From Candidatus Limnocylindrales bacterium (GTDB lineage Bacteria; Chloroflexota; Limnocylindria; Limnocylindrales; CSP1-4), in the NCBI GenBank assembly GCA_051306295.1, contig JBPPMZ010000125.1:453-64452 (forward strand): a stretch of 64,000 bases of DNA, given 5' to 3'. Within the stretch, counting starts at the first letter, position 1, and every line of letters begins with the position of its first letter. A model generated the notes under the pieces. That model searched no databases. It worked only from the letters and a program-made list of their open reading frames with translations, and was not told the DNA's origin. Shown in pieces: positions 28,421-37,299 of the stretch. Made by a program: the position numbers and the translations under genes.

Positions 28421-29521
28421 ATGCCCGAACCAACGATCGACCTGCGCAGCGACACCGTCACGCGGCCCACCGAGGCGATGCGCCGCGCGATGGCTGCCGC
28501 ACCCGTGGGCGACGACGTCCTGGGCGAGGACCCGACCGTCAGCGCCCTCGAGGAACGCGCGGCCGACCTGCTGGGCAAGGAGGCCGGCCTGTTCGTGGCG
28601 AGCGGCACGATGGGCAATCTCGTGGCCCAGCTGGCCCACCTGGGACGCGGCCAGGAGACCATCGCGGGCCGTGAGCACCACATGACCCTCGATGAGGCGG
28701 CGGGCCACGCGGTCATCGTCGGGACCAGCATCCGGGCGCTGGCGGACCAGCCGGACGGGACCCTGGACCTCGCCGACATCGAGGAGGCCTTTCGCGACCC
28801 GACCGATATCCATGAGCCGATCACCGGACTCATCACCCTGGAGAACGCCCATGCCCACTCGATGGGTCAGCCGCTGACGCCGGCCTATACGCAGGCCGTG
28901 GCGGCCATCGCCCGCCGGCGCGGCGTGGCGCTGCACATCGACGGGGCGCGCTTCTGGAACGCGGTCGTGGCCCAGCGGGCTGCCGGCGTCACCGCGCAGG
29001 ACCTAGCCGCGCCCGCCGACACGGTCACCTTCTGTATCAGCAAGGGCCTTGGCTGCCCGGTCGGCTCGCTCGCGGTCGGCGATCGCGCCGTCATCGCCCG
29101 GGCGCGTCGGGCGCGCAAGCTCGTCGGCGGCGGGATGCGCCAGGCGGGGATCCTGGCGGCGGCCGGTCTCGTCGCCCTGAGTGACGGCCCGGACGGGATG
29201 ATCGACCGCCTGGCCGACGATCACGCCAACGCTCGCCGCCTGGCCGAGGCCCTGGCGGAGATGGGCGGCGTCCGGAGTGCCGGCGGCGTCGCCCAACCGG
29301 AGGGTGATCGCCTGGACCCGGGTCGCGTCGCGACGAACTTCGTGCTCTTCCGCGTGGACCGCGACCGGTCGGCCTTCCTGGCCGCCCTGCGAGCGCGAAA
29401 CGTGCTCATGGTGGAGTATCCCCACGGACAGGTCCGTGCCGCGACCCATCACGACGTGTCCCACGCCGACATCGACACCGTCATCGGAGCCACGCGCGCG
29501 GCGCTCGCCGAGACCGCCTGA
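28421..29521 (+). CDS. ltaE: Low-specificity L-threonine aldolase
   Basis: [36 protein letters not shown]-terminal signature and the PLP-lysine region [13 protein letters not shown]. Confidence 0.85.
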   Translation: MPEPTIDLRSDTVTRPTEAMRRAMAAAPVGDDVLGEDPTVSALEERAADLLGKEAGLFVASGTMGNLVAQLAHLGRGQETIAGREHHMTLDEAAGHAVIVGTSIRALADQPDGTLDLADIEEAFRDPTDIHEPITGLITLENAHAHSMGQPLTPAYTQAVAAIARRRGVALHIDGARFWNAVVAQRAAGVTAQDLAAPADTVTFCISKGLGCPVGSLAVGDRAVIARARRARKLVGGGMRQAGILAAAGLVALSDGPDGMIDRLADDHANARRLAEALAEMGGVRSAGGVAQPEGDRLDPGRVATNFVLFRVDRDRSAFLAALRARNVLMVEYPHGQVRAATHHDVSHADIDTVIGATRAALAETA

Positions 29522-29588
29522 CGGCACCGACCCCAGCCCGCGCCCGGCCCACCCCGCCGATGCCGGACCACCCAGGAGAGGCGCTCCC

Positions 29589-31274
29589 GTGACCGACGAC
29601 CTCGATACCTATCCGCTGCCGCGCCCGGCGACGTCGGACGACGCCGGCCCGGGCGACGGCGCGTTCTACGACCTCGTGGAGGCCCGCGTCCGGCGGCTCG
29701 TGCGTGACAACCCGGTCCTGGGCACCGCGCTGGGCCTGCATGCCGGTGATGCGGAGCTCGGCGACGGCCGGCGCGAGGCCGTGCTCGGTGAGCTCGCCGA
29801 TGAGCGGGCGCATCTCACCGCCGTCGAGGCGATCGACGAGGGCGGCCTGTCGCCGTCGGCCCGGTTCGAACGGGAACTCGAGCTGCACAACGTGCGGCGG
29901 AGCATCTTCGACACCGACGTGCTCCGGATCTGGGAACGGCGATCGCTCGCCCTCGACACGATCGGCGACGGCCTGTTCCTGCTGTTCGCCCGCGACCACG
30001 CGCCGCTCGATGAGCGCCTGGCCGCCATCACCGGTCGGCTGGAGGCGATCCCGCGCCATCTCGACGAGGCCCGGACGCGAGGCGGAGGGGCCGCCCAGGT
30101 GCGGATCTGGCAGCGGCTCGAGATCGAGACGGCCGGCGAGCTGCCCAGCTTCTTCGACGAGATCGCGGCGGCCGCGGATGGTGTGCTCGGCGCGCCGGAG
30201 CGACGCCGCCTGGACCGTGCGATCGGCACGGCCAACGTGGCCGTCGAGCTGTACGGCTCGTGGTTGGAAGTGACGCTCGCGGAGGGCACCGACGACTGGC
30301 CGATCGGCCGAGAGCGACATGACGCGATGGTCGAGCACCGGGCGTTCGATGGCCTCGATGCCGATGCGATCCTCGCGCTCGGCTGGGAGCAGCTCGCCCG
30401 CGAGAAGGCGGCCCGCGTGGCCGCGGCGAAGGAGATCGACCCGGACGCCACGGAGGCCGACGTGGTCGACCGCATCAAGTCCGATCAGCCGGCCGACTTC
30501 GACGCGGCGCTCGATGCGTACCGCGATGCGATGCATCGCGCTCGAGCCCACCTCCTGGAGCGCGACCTGATCACGATCCCGGACGATGAGCGGATCAGCG
30601 TCATCGCCACGCCCGAGTACCTGCGCAACGTCATCCCGTTCGCGGCCTACTTCTCGCCCGCGCCGTACGACCGCGACGCGCAGGGCATCTACATCGTCAC
30701 GCCCTCGGTCGGCGGCGACCCGAAGGCGATGCGCGAGCACAACTTCGCCTCGATCAGCAACACCAGCATCCACGAGGCTTACCCGGGTCACCACCTGCAG
30801 CTGGACGTCGCCCGCCGCCACCCCTCGCTGACCCGACTCATGACCGACGCCCCGGAGTTCGTCGAGGGCTGGGGGATGTACTCGGAGCTGATGATGCGCG
30901 AGCACGGCTTCGACGACGACGCGCGCTACCGGGTCGTGGTCCACACCGACGCCATCTGGCGGGCCTGCCGGATCATCCTCGACGTCCGCCTGCATCGCGG
31001 CGAGATCGGCGTGGAAGAAGCGACCGACTTCATGGTCGAGCACACGAGCTTCGAGCGCGCCAACGCCCACGCGGAGGTGACCTGGTACACCTACCGACCG
31101 ACCTATCCGCTCTCATACCTGCTCGGCCGGACACTGCTCCTCCAGCTCCGGGCGGACGAATCGCGCCGGCTCGGCGACGCGTTCTCCTTGAAAGCCTTCC
31201 ACGACACCCTGATGCGTAATGGCTCGCTGCCCATCAGCTTCCATCGACGCCTGCTGGCCGGCGAGGGACGCTGA
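29589..31274 (+). CDS. DUF885-family protein
   Basis: GTG 29589 follows AGGAGAGG. HEAYPGHHLQ and EGWGMYSE motifs are typical of DUF885. Confidence 0.75.
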   Translation: MTDDLDTYPLPRPATSDDAGPGDGAFYDLVEARVRRLVRDNPVLGTALGLHAGDAELGDGRREAVLGELADERAHLTAVEAIDEGGLSPSARFERELELHNVRRSIFDTDVLRIWERRSLALDTIGDGLFLLFARDHAPLDERLAAITGRLEAIPRHLDEARTRGGGAAQVRIWQRLEIETAGELPSFFDEIAAAADGVLGAPERRRLDRAIGTANVAVELYGSWLEVTLAEGTDDWPIGRERHDAMVEHRAFDGLDADAILALGWEQLAREKAARVAAAKEIDPDATEADVVDRIKSDQPADFDAALDAYRDAMHRARAHLLERDLITIPDDERISVIATPEYLRNVIPFAAYFSPAPYDRDAQGIYIVTPSVGGDPKAMREHNFASISNTSIHEAYPGHHLQLDVARRHPSLTRLMTDAPEFVEGWGMYSELMMREHGFDDDARYRVVVHTDAIWRACRIILDVRLHRGEIGVEEATDFMVEHTSFERANAHAEVTWYTYRPTYPLSYLLGRTLLLQLRADESRRLGDAFSLKAFHDTLMRNGSLPISFHRRLLAGEGR

Positions 31275-31278
31275 CCTG

Positions 31279-31980
31279 ATGCTCGTCATCCCGGCCATCG
31301 ACCTCGATGGCGGCCGGTCACGGATCGTCTACTGGCCGGGCGCGGCGGCCGGTATCGGCGCGCCGACGGACCGACCGGATCGCATCGTCGAGCGCCTCGT
31401 GGCCCAGGGCGCGACCCTTGTCCACCTCGTGGACTTCGATGGCGCCCGCAACGGCTCGCCGGGTAACCTGGAGGTCGTCGGGGCGATCGCTTCGCGTTCC
31501 GCCGTCCCGCTACAGCTCGCCGGCGGCCTGGAGTCGCCCGAGGCGATCCAGCTGGCCTTCGCCGCCGGCGCGACCCGGATCGTGCTGACCACGGCCATCG
31601 CCGACCGCCCGGACGACCTGCGCGCCTGCCTGGCCGTGGCCGGTGACTGGCTGGCCGTCGGGCTGGACCCGCGCCCCGAACGCCTGGCCGCGTTCCCCTG
31701 GCGCCGCTCGGCGCCACCGACCGTGGATGCCCTGGTCGGCGAACTAGTCGGGGCCGGGGTGAGCCGGTTCGTGGTCGCCCACGGCGGCACCGATCCCGAC
31801 CTCGAGCGGGTGCGATCGCTCGTTCGGTCGTACGATGCCGACATCCTCGTCGCGGGCGGGGTCCGCGACCTCGACGGTCTGCGCCGCCTGCGCGACACCG
31901 GGGCATCGGGCGTCATCCTTGGCGAGGCGCTCCTGTCCGGTGCCATCGAACTCCCTGCCGCCCTGGAGGCCGCCGCATGA
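31279..31980 (+). CDS. HisA/HisF-family (beta/alpha)8-barrel protein
   Basis: MLVIPAIDLDGGRS...LVHLVDFDGA...LQLAGGL pattern of HisA-like isomerases. Not in a his operon context. Confidence 0.65.
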   Translation: MLVIPAIDLDGGRSRIVYWPGAAAGIGAPTDRPDRIVERLVAQGATLVHLVDFDGARNGSPGNLEVVGAIASRSAVPLQLAGGLESPEAIQLAFAAGATRIVLTTAIADRPDDLRACLAVAGDWLAVGLDPRPERLAAFPWRRSAPPTVDALVGELVGAGVSRFVVAHGGTDPDLERVRSLVRSYDADILVAGGVRDLDGLRRLRDTGASGVILGEALLSGAIELPAALEAAA

Positions 31981-32639
31981 CCCGCCGCTCCTTCCCTGGG
32001 CTCGCTGCCCTGCTCGCCGGTGTCCTCGTCGCCGCCGCCTGCACGGACGCCGGTGCTGCGGGCGGCGAGGGCGCTGGCCAGGGCGGTGTCGATGCGAACG
32101 GCTGCCCCACATCCGAGCCAGCCGCTCTCGGCGCGGGTGAGACCCGGACCGTGGCCATCGTCACGGAGCTCGGCACCATGGAGCTCGAGATCAAGGCCGA
32201 CCTGTCGCCGATCGCGGCCGGCAACTTCGTCGCCCTGGCCGAGTGCGGCTGGTACGACGGGGTCGTCTTCCACCGCGTCGTACCGGGCTTCGTCATCCAG
32301 GCCGGGGACGGCGAGAACGGCCGCTCGCCGAACGTCAATCCGGCCCTCGTCGGCTCGGGTGGGCCCGGCTACACCATCACCGATGAGCCGGTCATCGCGC
32401 CGTATGGCCGCGGCGTCGTGGCGATGGCCAGGACATCACGCCCGAACTCGGTCGGCTCCCAGTTCTTCATCGTCCTCGACGGTGAAGCCCAGAGGTCGCT
32501 CGGGCAGGCCAACACCTACCAGATCATCGGCTCCGTCACGAGCGGGATGGAGGTCGCCGATGCGATCACCGCCGCAGCGGATGCCGAGATCCCCAGCCGG
32601 CCCGTCGTCATGACCGACGTCACCGTCAGCAACCCGTAA
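31977..32639 (+). CDS. Cyclophilin-type peptidyl-prolyl isomerase, lipoprotein
   Basis: ATGA overlap with the HisA-like gene. Lipobox VAAAC. FHRVVPGFVIQAGD and GSQFFIV motifs. Confidence 0.9.
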   Translation: MTRRSFPGLAALLAGVLVAAACTDAGAAGGEGAGQGGVDANGCPTSEPAALGAGETRTVAIVTELGTMELEIKADLSPIAAGNFVALAECGWYDGVVFHRVVPGFVIQAGDGENGRSPNVNPALVGSGGPGYTITDEPVIAPYGRGVVAMARTSRPNSVGSQFFIVLDGEAQRSLGQANTYQIIGSVTSGMEVADAITAAADAEIPSRPVVMTDVTVSNP

Positions 32640-32669
32640 CCTTCGAACCCACAGCAAGGAGCCGCGCCC

Positions 32670-33161
32670 ATGACCCGTGCCACCATCGCGACCGAGATCG
32701 GCGACATCGAGATCGACCTGTTCGACGAGTCCGCGCCAAAGGCCGCCCAGAACTTCATCGATCTCGCCAAGAAGGGCTTCTACGACGACGTGATCTTCCA
32801 TCGCGTCATCCCGGGCTTCGTCATCCAGGGCGGGGACGGCCAGTACGGCAAGAAGTCCGCGCTGGAGTCAGGTCGCGTCGGGACCGGCGGGCCGGGCTAC
32901 AAGTTCGCCGATGAGCCGGTCAAGGGCGACTATCTGCGCGGCTCGCTGGCCATGGCCAACTCCGGCCCGAACACCAACGGCTCGCAGTTCTTCATCTGCA
33001 CCGACGACCTGACCGGCAAGCTGCCCAAGAACTACACGCTCTTCGGCCAGGTCACCAAGGGCCTCGACATCGTGGACAAGATCGTTTCGGCACCGCGCAA
33101 CAGCCGCGATCTTCCGGACGCGCCGGTAGCCATGACCAAGGTGACGATCCACGAGGACTGA
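32670..33161 (+). CDS. Cyclophilin-type peptidyl-prolyl isomerase, cytoplasmic
   Basis: RBS AAGGAG upstream. FHRVIPGFVIQGGD and NTNGSQFFI motifs. Confidence 0.9.
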   Translation: MTRATIATEIGDIEIDLFDESAPKAAQNFIDLAKKGFYDDVIFHRVIPGFVIQGGDGQYGKKSALESGRVGTGGPGYKFADEPVKGDYLRGSLAMANSGPNTNGSQFFICTDDLTGKLPKNYTLFGQVTKGLDIVDKIVSAPRNSRDLPDAPVAMTKVTIHED

Positions 33162-33230
33162 CCCGACGTTTGTCACGTGGTCGCAAGGGCATTGGTTAAG
33201 GAATTTACACAGACTGCTATGCCAAAACCC

Positions 33231-33259
33231 TTGGAAAACGGCCCCTCGACGGGTAGGAT
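33231..33259 (+). promoter_or_regulatory. Candidate sigma-70-type promoter TTGGAA-N17-TAGGAT
   Basis: Read from the sequence in the only AT-richer part of the 332-nt spacer. It would give a leader of about 230 nt for the multicopper oxidase gene. Confidence 0.3.
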
Positions 33260-33493
33260 ATCCGTGCTGCTCAGGCAGCCGCTGCCCCAGCGTCAAGGTC
33301 ATGGGTAGGTAGGGTCAGGGTAGTCGGTGCAGCCGACGTGATAGATGCCTTTGGCGCGTGGCAGAAGTGTCCGTTTCGGCGGACTCCTTCACCGGGACAG
33401 CATCGAGGCGGCTCCTTCGGGGGCCGCCTCGGCTTGTGTCCGCCTCACCGGTGAGCGCTTCGGCCCCTGCGAAACGGGCCGGAGGTCACATCC

Positions 33494-34861
33494 GTGCCAC
33501 CTGCCCCTCCGGCTATGGTTCGAGGCATGGACACACGACCCCCGGGCGACCTGCCCATCCCGCTCCTCGACGACCCGTCCCTGACTCGCCGTCGCTTCCT
33601 GCGCGGCGCGGCCCTCGCGGGTGGCGGCCTGATCGCCGCCGGCGTGGCCGCCTGTGCGCCAGTCGCGAGTCAGGCTGGCTGGACGTTCGGTCCCCAGGGG
33701 ATCCCGTCGCCCGCACCTGGCGCGGCGTCGCCGAGTCCTGCTGCCAGCGCGGATCCCGGGCACTCCATGGCTCCGAGCGCTGCCCCATCCGGCTCCGCGG
33801 CCCCATCCGGGCCCATCCCGACCGGCTGGAGTGCCCACGACGTCGAGGCCCGCGACGTCGTGCGTCGATATCTCGGCAACCTGACGCCGGCCCTCAAGGG
33901 CATCTACGGGGACGCGGCGTTCGCCAAGCTCGCCGACATCCTGGGCGCCGCGGATGCCTATCCGGCCCTGACCCAGAAGCCTTCGTTCGTGCAGGTGCCG
34001 CAGCTCTTCCTCAACGATGCGCTCACCCCGCTGACGCCGACGCTGGACGGGGACGTCAAGGTGTTCGAGCTGACCATCGATGAGATGGATTGGCAGATCG
34101 ATGAGCTGAAGCCGTCGGTCAAGGCCCTCGGCTACAACGCCCAGTGGCCGGGTCCGACCATCCGAGTCAACCAGGGCGACAAGGTCCGCGCCATCTTCAA
34201 GAACAACCTGAAGGAAACGACCGGCGTCCACTTCCACGGCGTCGAATTCGAGGACTTCTTCATGGACGGTGTCCCGTTCGTGACCCAGAAGCCGATCATC
34301 CCGGGCGACTCGTTCACCTATGAATTCACGGCGGTCAATCCGGGCTCGCTGATGTACCACTCCCACCACAACGCAACGGACCAGGTCGGCCGGGGGCTAC
34401 TCGGCGCGTTCATCGTCGATCCGCCGAAGCCGCAGGCCGCCTATGACCGCGAGTACATCTGGATCTCGAACGACACCCTGGGCGGCTTCACCATCAACGG
34501 CCACGGGTTCCCGGCGGTCGTGCCGGTGCTGGCAGCGGCGGGCGAGCGGGTCCTCATCCGATTCATGAACGAGGGCCTGATGATGCACCCGTGGCACCTC
34601 CACGGGTACTCGATGGAGGTCGTCGCCCGCGACGGCATCCCGCTGGGCAGCGCCGCGTTCCGGGCCGACACGATCGGCGTGAATCCCGGCGAGCGCTGGG
34701 ACGTGATCGTCACCGTCGACCGGCCGGGTGTGTGGGCGTTCCACTGCCACATCCTTTCGCACGTCGAGGGGATGGCCGGCATGTTCGGGATGGTCAGCAC
34801 CCTGATCGTCGTCCCGGAAAAGGCCCATGTTGATGCGATCGTCGGGTTGCTCACGGCGTAG
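33494..34861 (+). CDS. Multicopper oxidase with twin-arginine signal peptide
   Basis: GTG 33494 lies 8 nt after GGAGG. TAT motif TRRRFLRGA. Four Cu motifs: HFHG, YHSHH, HPWHLHG and HCHILSHVEGMAGM. Confidence 0.85.
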   Translation: MPPAPPAMVRGMDTRPPGDLPIPLLDDPSLTRRRFLRGAALAGGGLIAAGVAACAPVASQAGWTFGPQGIPSPAPGAASPSPAASADPGHSMAPSAAPSGSAAPSGPIPTGWSAHDVEARDVVRRYLGNLTPALKGIYGDAAFAKLADILGAADAYPALTQKPSFVQVPQLFLNDALTPLTPTLDGDVKVFELTIDEMDWQIDELKPSVKALGYNAQWPGPTIRVNQGDKVRAIFKNNLKETTGVHFHGVEFEDFFMDGVPFVTQKPIIPGDSFTYEFTAVNPGSLMYHSHHNATDQVGRGLLGAFIVDPPKPQAAYDREYIWISNDTLGGFTINGHGFPAVVPVLAAAGERVLIRFMNEGLMMHPWHLHGYSMEVVARDGIPLGSAAFRADTIGVNPGERWDVIVTVDRPGVWAFHCHILSHVEGMAGMFGMVSTLIVVPEKAHVDAIVGLLTA

Positions 34862-34960
34862 AGCTCGCTGACGGAGCCCAGTCCGGCTTACCACCGTCTC
34901 CGCGCTATGATGCGGGGCCGCACGGGCCGGCCCATGACGAGCCGGAGACGAGCGGATCGC

Positions 34961-35036
34961 GCGCCTGTAGCTCAGTGGATAGAGCGTTGGGTTCCGGACC
35001 CAAAGGTCGCAGGTTCGAGTCCTGTCGGGCGCGCCA
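34961..35036 (+). tRNA. tRNA-Arg (anticodon CCG), CCA encoded
   Basis: Hand-folded cloverleaf: acceptor GCGCCTG/CGGGCGC (one G-U), D-arm GCTC-AGTGGATA-GAGC, anticodon stem TTGGG/CCCAA with loop TTCCGGA, T-arm GCAGG-TTCGAGT-CCTGT, discriminator G, CCA. Confidence 0.95.
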
Positions 35037-35039
35037 TTG
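35021..35039 (+). repeat. att-like repeat copy 1 (3' end of tRNA-Arg, CCTGTCGGGCGCGCCATTG)
   Basis: Identical 17-19-mers occur at 36354-36370 and 53105-53123. Confidence 0.85.
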
Positions 35040-36353
35040 TCTTGAGTCGCGACATATGAGTCACATGAGTCGGGACATCCGAGTCACATGTGATCATCCG
35101 GTCGCTTGGGACCCCGGCCATCGGCCGGGGTCTCGTCGTGTGTTGCGCCAGTAGCCCTTGTCGGGCTCGATACGGTGGGTCGAGAGGACCTCGCCGGTGT
35201 CGAGGGCGACGACCGTAACCTCGACCTCGTCGACGATGGCGAGGACCCGCCGGCGGGCATGGGCGGCGCCGATCTTGAGGTGGTACAGCCGGCCGGCCCG
35301 GCGCAGGGTCATGGCGCCTCGGCTGTCGGTGACGTCGTAGCGGAGCCGGAAGTGACCCGAGGCAGCGCGGCCGACGGGCTGCGCCCGAGGGGTCGCCCGG
35401 TACGCCTCGCCCGGGGTGATCCGCCCGGTCGCCCGGTGCGGTCGCTGTTCGTCGTAGGCGGTCCGGAAGGCATCGAGCTGGACCTGCAGCTCGGGCAGCG
35501 TGGCGGCGGCCGGCTGCCGCCGGAGCCAGCGCTTCAAGGTCTGGTGGAAGCGCTCGATCTTGCCCTGGGTCTGGGGGTGGCCGGGAGCCCCGTTCTTCTG
35601 CCGGATGCCGAGGTAGGCGAGCAGGTACTCGAACCCGTTGCGGCCGCCGGTGAAGCGCGCCGTGTAGACGGCGCCGTTGTCGGTGAGCGTGGCGGCCGGC
35701 CAGCCGTGCTCGTCGCCCGCAGCGGTGAACGTGGCCACGACGTCGTCGCCCGACACCCGCCCGAAGGCCGCGCACGAGAGCAGGTAGCGCGAATGGTCGT
35801 CGAGCCAGCTCAGGATCTCGACCTCGCTCCCGTCGGCCAGGCGCCAGTGGGTGAAGTCCGACTGCCAGCACTCGTTGGGCGCCGCGGCCTCGAACCGGTG
35901 CCACGAGCTGCGCGGGCGCTTGCGCGGCTCGGGGACGACGAGGCCGGCGGCGTACAGCACCCGCCGGATGGTCGAGCTCGACGGGACCGGGTGGCCCTCG
36001 CGGCCGAGGTGCCAGGCGATCGTGACCGGGCCGGCGTCGAGACCCCGGGCGGTGAGCTCGGTGCGCAGGGCGACGATCCGCGCCCGGATCGCGTCCGGCG
36101 TCCGGCCCGGGTTGGTCAGCGGTCGGCGGGAGCGAGGCTCCAGCGCGTCCAGCCCACCGTCGCGATAGCGGCGGACCAGACGCGTGAGCTGTTGCCGGCT
36201 GATCCTGTACTCGGCCGCGGCGGCGGTGACGGACAGCTGCTTGGAGACGACCTTGAGGACGGCCACCCGATGCTTCGACATGGGCCCGACTGTCACGCAT
36301 GTCGCGACTCATCTGACTCGCATCACCTGACGCCTATGTCCTGAACTCGGACA
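35038..36353 (-). mobile_element. IS481-family insertion sequence
   Basis: Imperfect terminal inverted repeats TGTCTTGAGTCGCGACATA (left) and TGTCCGAGTTCAGGACATA (right, reverse complement). Subterminal GAGTC...ACAT repeats at both ends, a single DDE transposase ORF, and a flanking 16-17-bp direct repeat. Confidence 0.85.
35094..36296 (-). CDS. IS481-family DDE transposase (rve integrase core)
   Basis: N-terminal HTH (LSVTAAAAEYRISRQQLTRLVRRY). Catalytic blocks WQSDFTHW, LTDNGAVY and HPQTQGKIERFHQTLK. Confidence 0.9.
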   Translation of the reverse strand: MTVGPMSKHRVAVLKVVSKQLSVTAAAAEYRISRQQLTRLVRRYRDGGLDALEPRSRRPLTNPGRTPDAIRARIVALRTELTARGLDAGPVTIAWHLGREGHPVPSSSTIRRVLYAAGLVVPEPRKRPRSSWHRFEAAAPNECWQSDFTHWRLADGSEVEILSWLDDHSRYLLSCAAFGRVSGDDVVATFTAAGDEHGWPAATLTDNGAVYTARFTGGRNGFEYLLAYLGIRQKNGAPGHPQTQGKIERFHQTLKRWLRRQPAAATLPELQVQLDAFRTAYDEQRPHRATGRITPGEAYRATPRAQPVGRAASGHFRLRYDVTDSRGAMTLRRAGRLYHLKIGAAHARRRVLAIVDEVEVTVVALDTGEVLSTHRIEPDKGYWRNTRRDPGRWPGSQATG

Positions 36354-36370
36354 CTGTCGGGCGCGCCATT
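36354..36370 (+). repeat. att-like repeat copy 2 (CTGTCGGGCGCGCCATT)
   Basis: 17/17 identical to 35022-35038. Immediately follows the IS481 right end. Confidence 0.85.
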
Positions 36371-36443
36371 ACAACCTTTTCGGGCAGCGCCAGCGCCAAT
36401 CCGTGTGCGTAGGCCGCCGCGGTCAGGCGAAAGGGCTTAGAAC

Positions 36444-37046
36444 GTGCCGAAGATCTTTGTCGAACTGACGATGTCGTTGGACGGGTACGTCGCAGGTACC
36501 GACGTGAGCCTTGAGGATCCGCTGGGTAAGGGCGGTGACCGACTGTTCGAATGGTTCGAGGGCGGCGATTCCGGTCAGCCGTCGGCCGTTGACCGGGAGA
36601 TCGCGGCAAAGAAGCTCACCGGCACCGGAGCGATCGCGATGGGCCGGCGCATGTTCGACGTCGGCGAGAAGCCCTGGGGCGATAACAGCGCCTTTGGAAG
36701 ACCGTGCTTCGTCGTCACCAACCGGCCTCGCGAGGCGCTCGTGAAAGGCCCGACCACGTTTACGTTTGTCGATGGCGAATTCGCCGATGCGCTCGCACAG
36801 GCCCAAGCCGCCGCAGGAGAAGGTGACGTCTGTGTCATCGGCGGTGCCAACATCGCGTAGCAGGCCATGGCTGCAGGGGTCGTTGACGAGCTCCGCCTCC
36901 ACGTGGCGCCGGTGCTGCTGGGCGCCGGAACCAAACTGTTCGCCGATGCAGACCACCGCATCGAGCTGCTGCCGGTTCGAGTGATCGACACCCCAATGGC
37001 TGCGCACTTGACCTATCGTGTTCTTGAAGTAGCCAAGCGGAGCTGA
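36444..37046 (+). pseudogene. RibD_C-type dihydrofolate reductase-family gene interrupted by an in-frame TAG
   Basis: VPKIFVELTMSLDGYV...VIGGANIA-TAG(36858-36860)-QAMAAGVVDELRLHVAPVLLGAGTKLF. Family similarity continues in the same frame across the stop, to TGA 37044-37046. Confidence 0.7.
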
Positions 37047-37299
37047 GGTCCTGCCCTTACATCATCCCTGGCTTGTTCCCGAATGCGAACAGCCTCTCGA
37101 CCTCGTCGCTGATCACCCGTGCCGCCGTTGGCACTCGCCAGCGTTGGGTGTACTGCGTCAACCAGTAGGAACTCCGCCACGGAACCAGAGGACCAGCGAC
37201 TGATCGTCGTGTCCAGCCGAGGCTGAGCACCTCCCACGTGCATGCGGAGCGATCATCGGGTCGCGAGGAGCCCGACCGCTCCCGGGGTATCGTGTCGCC

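Noticed and set aside
29481-31070. 529-aa minus-strand ORF opposite DUF885
   Set aside because: Antisense artefact with no motifs. The plus strand has the DUF885 HEAYPGHHLQ signature.
33300-33325. GGG runs (GGGTAGGTAGGGTCAGGGTAG) considered as a G-quadruplex
   Set aside because: There are only three clear G-triplets, so a canonical four-tract quadruplex cannot form.
36858-36860. In-frame TAG considered as pyrrolysine or programmed readthrough
   Set aside because: No pyl genes or PYLIS-like context are visible, TAG is used as a normal stop by several genes in the window (for example at 751-753, 40120-40122 and 49691-49693), and the gene sits in decaying island DNA. A nonsense mutation is simpler.
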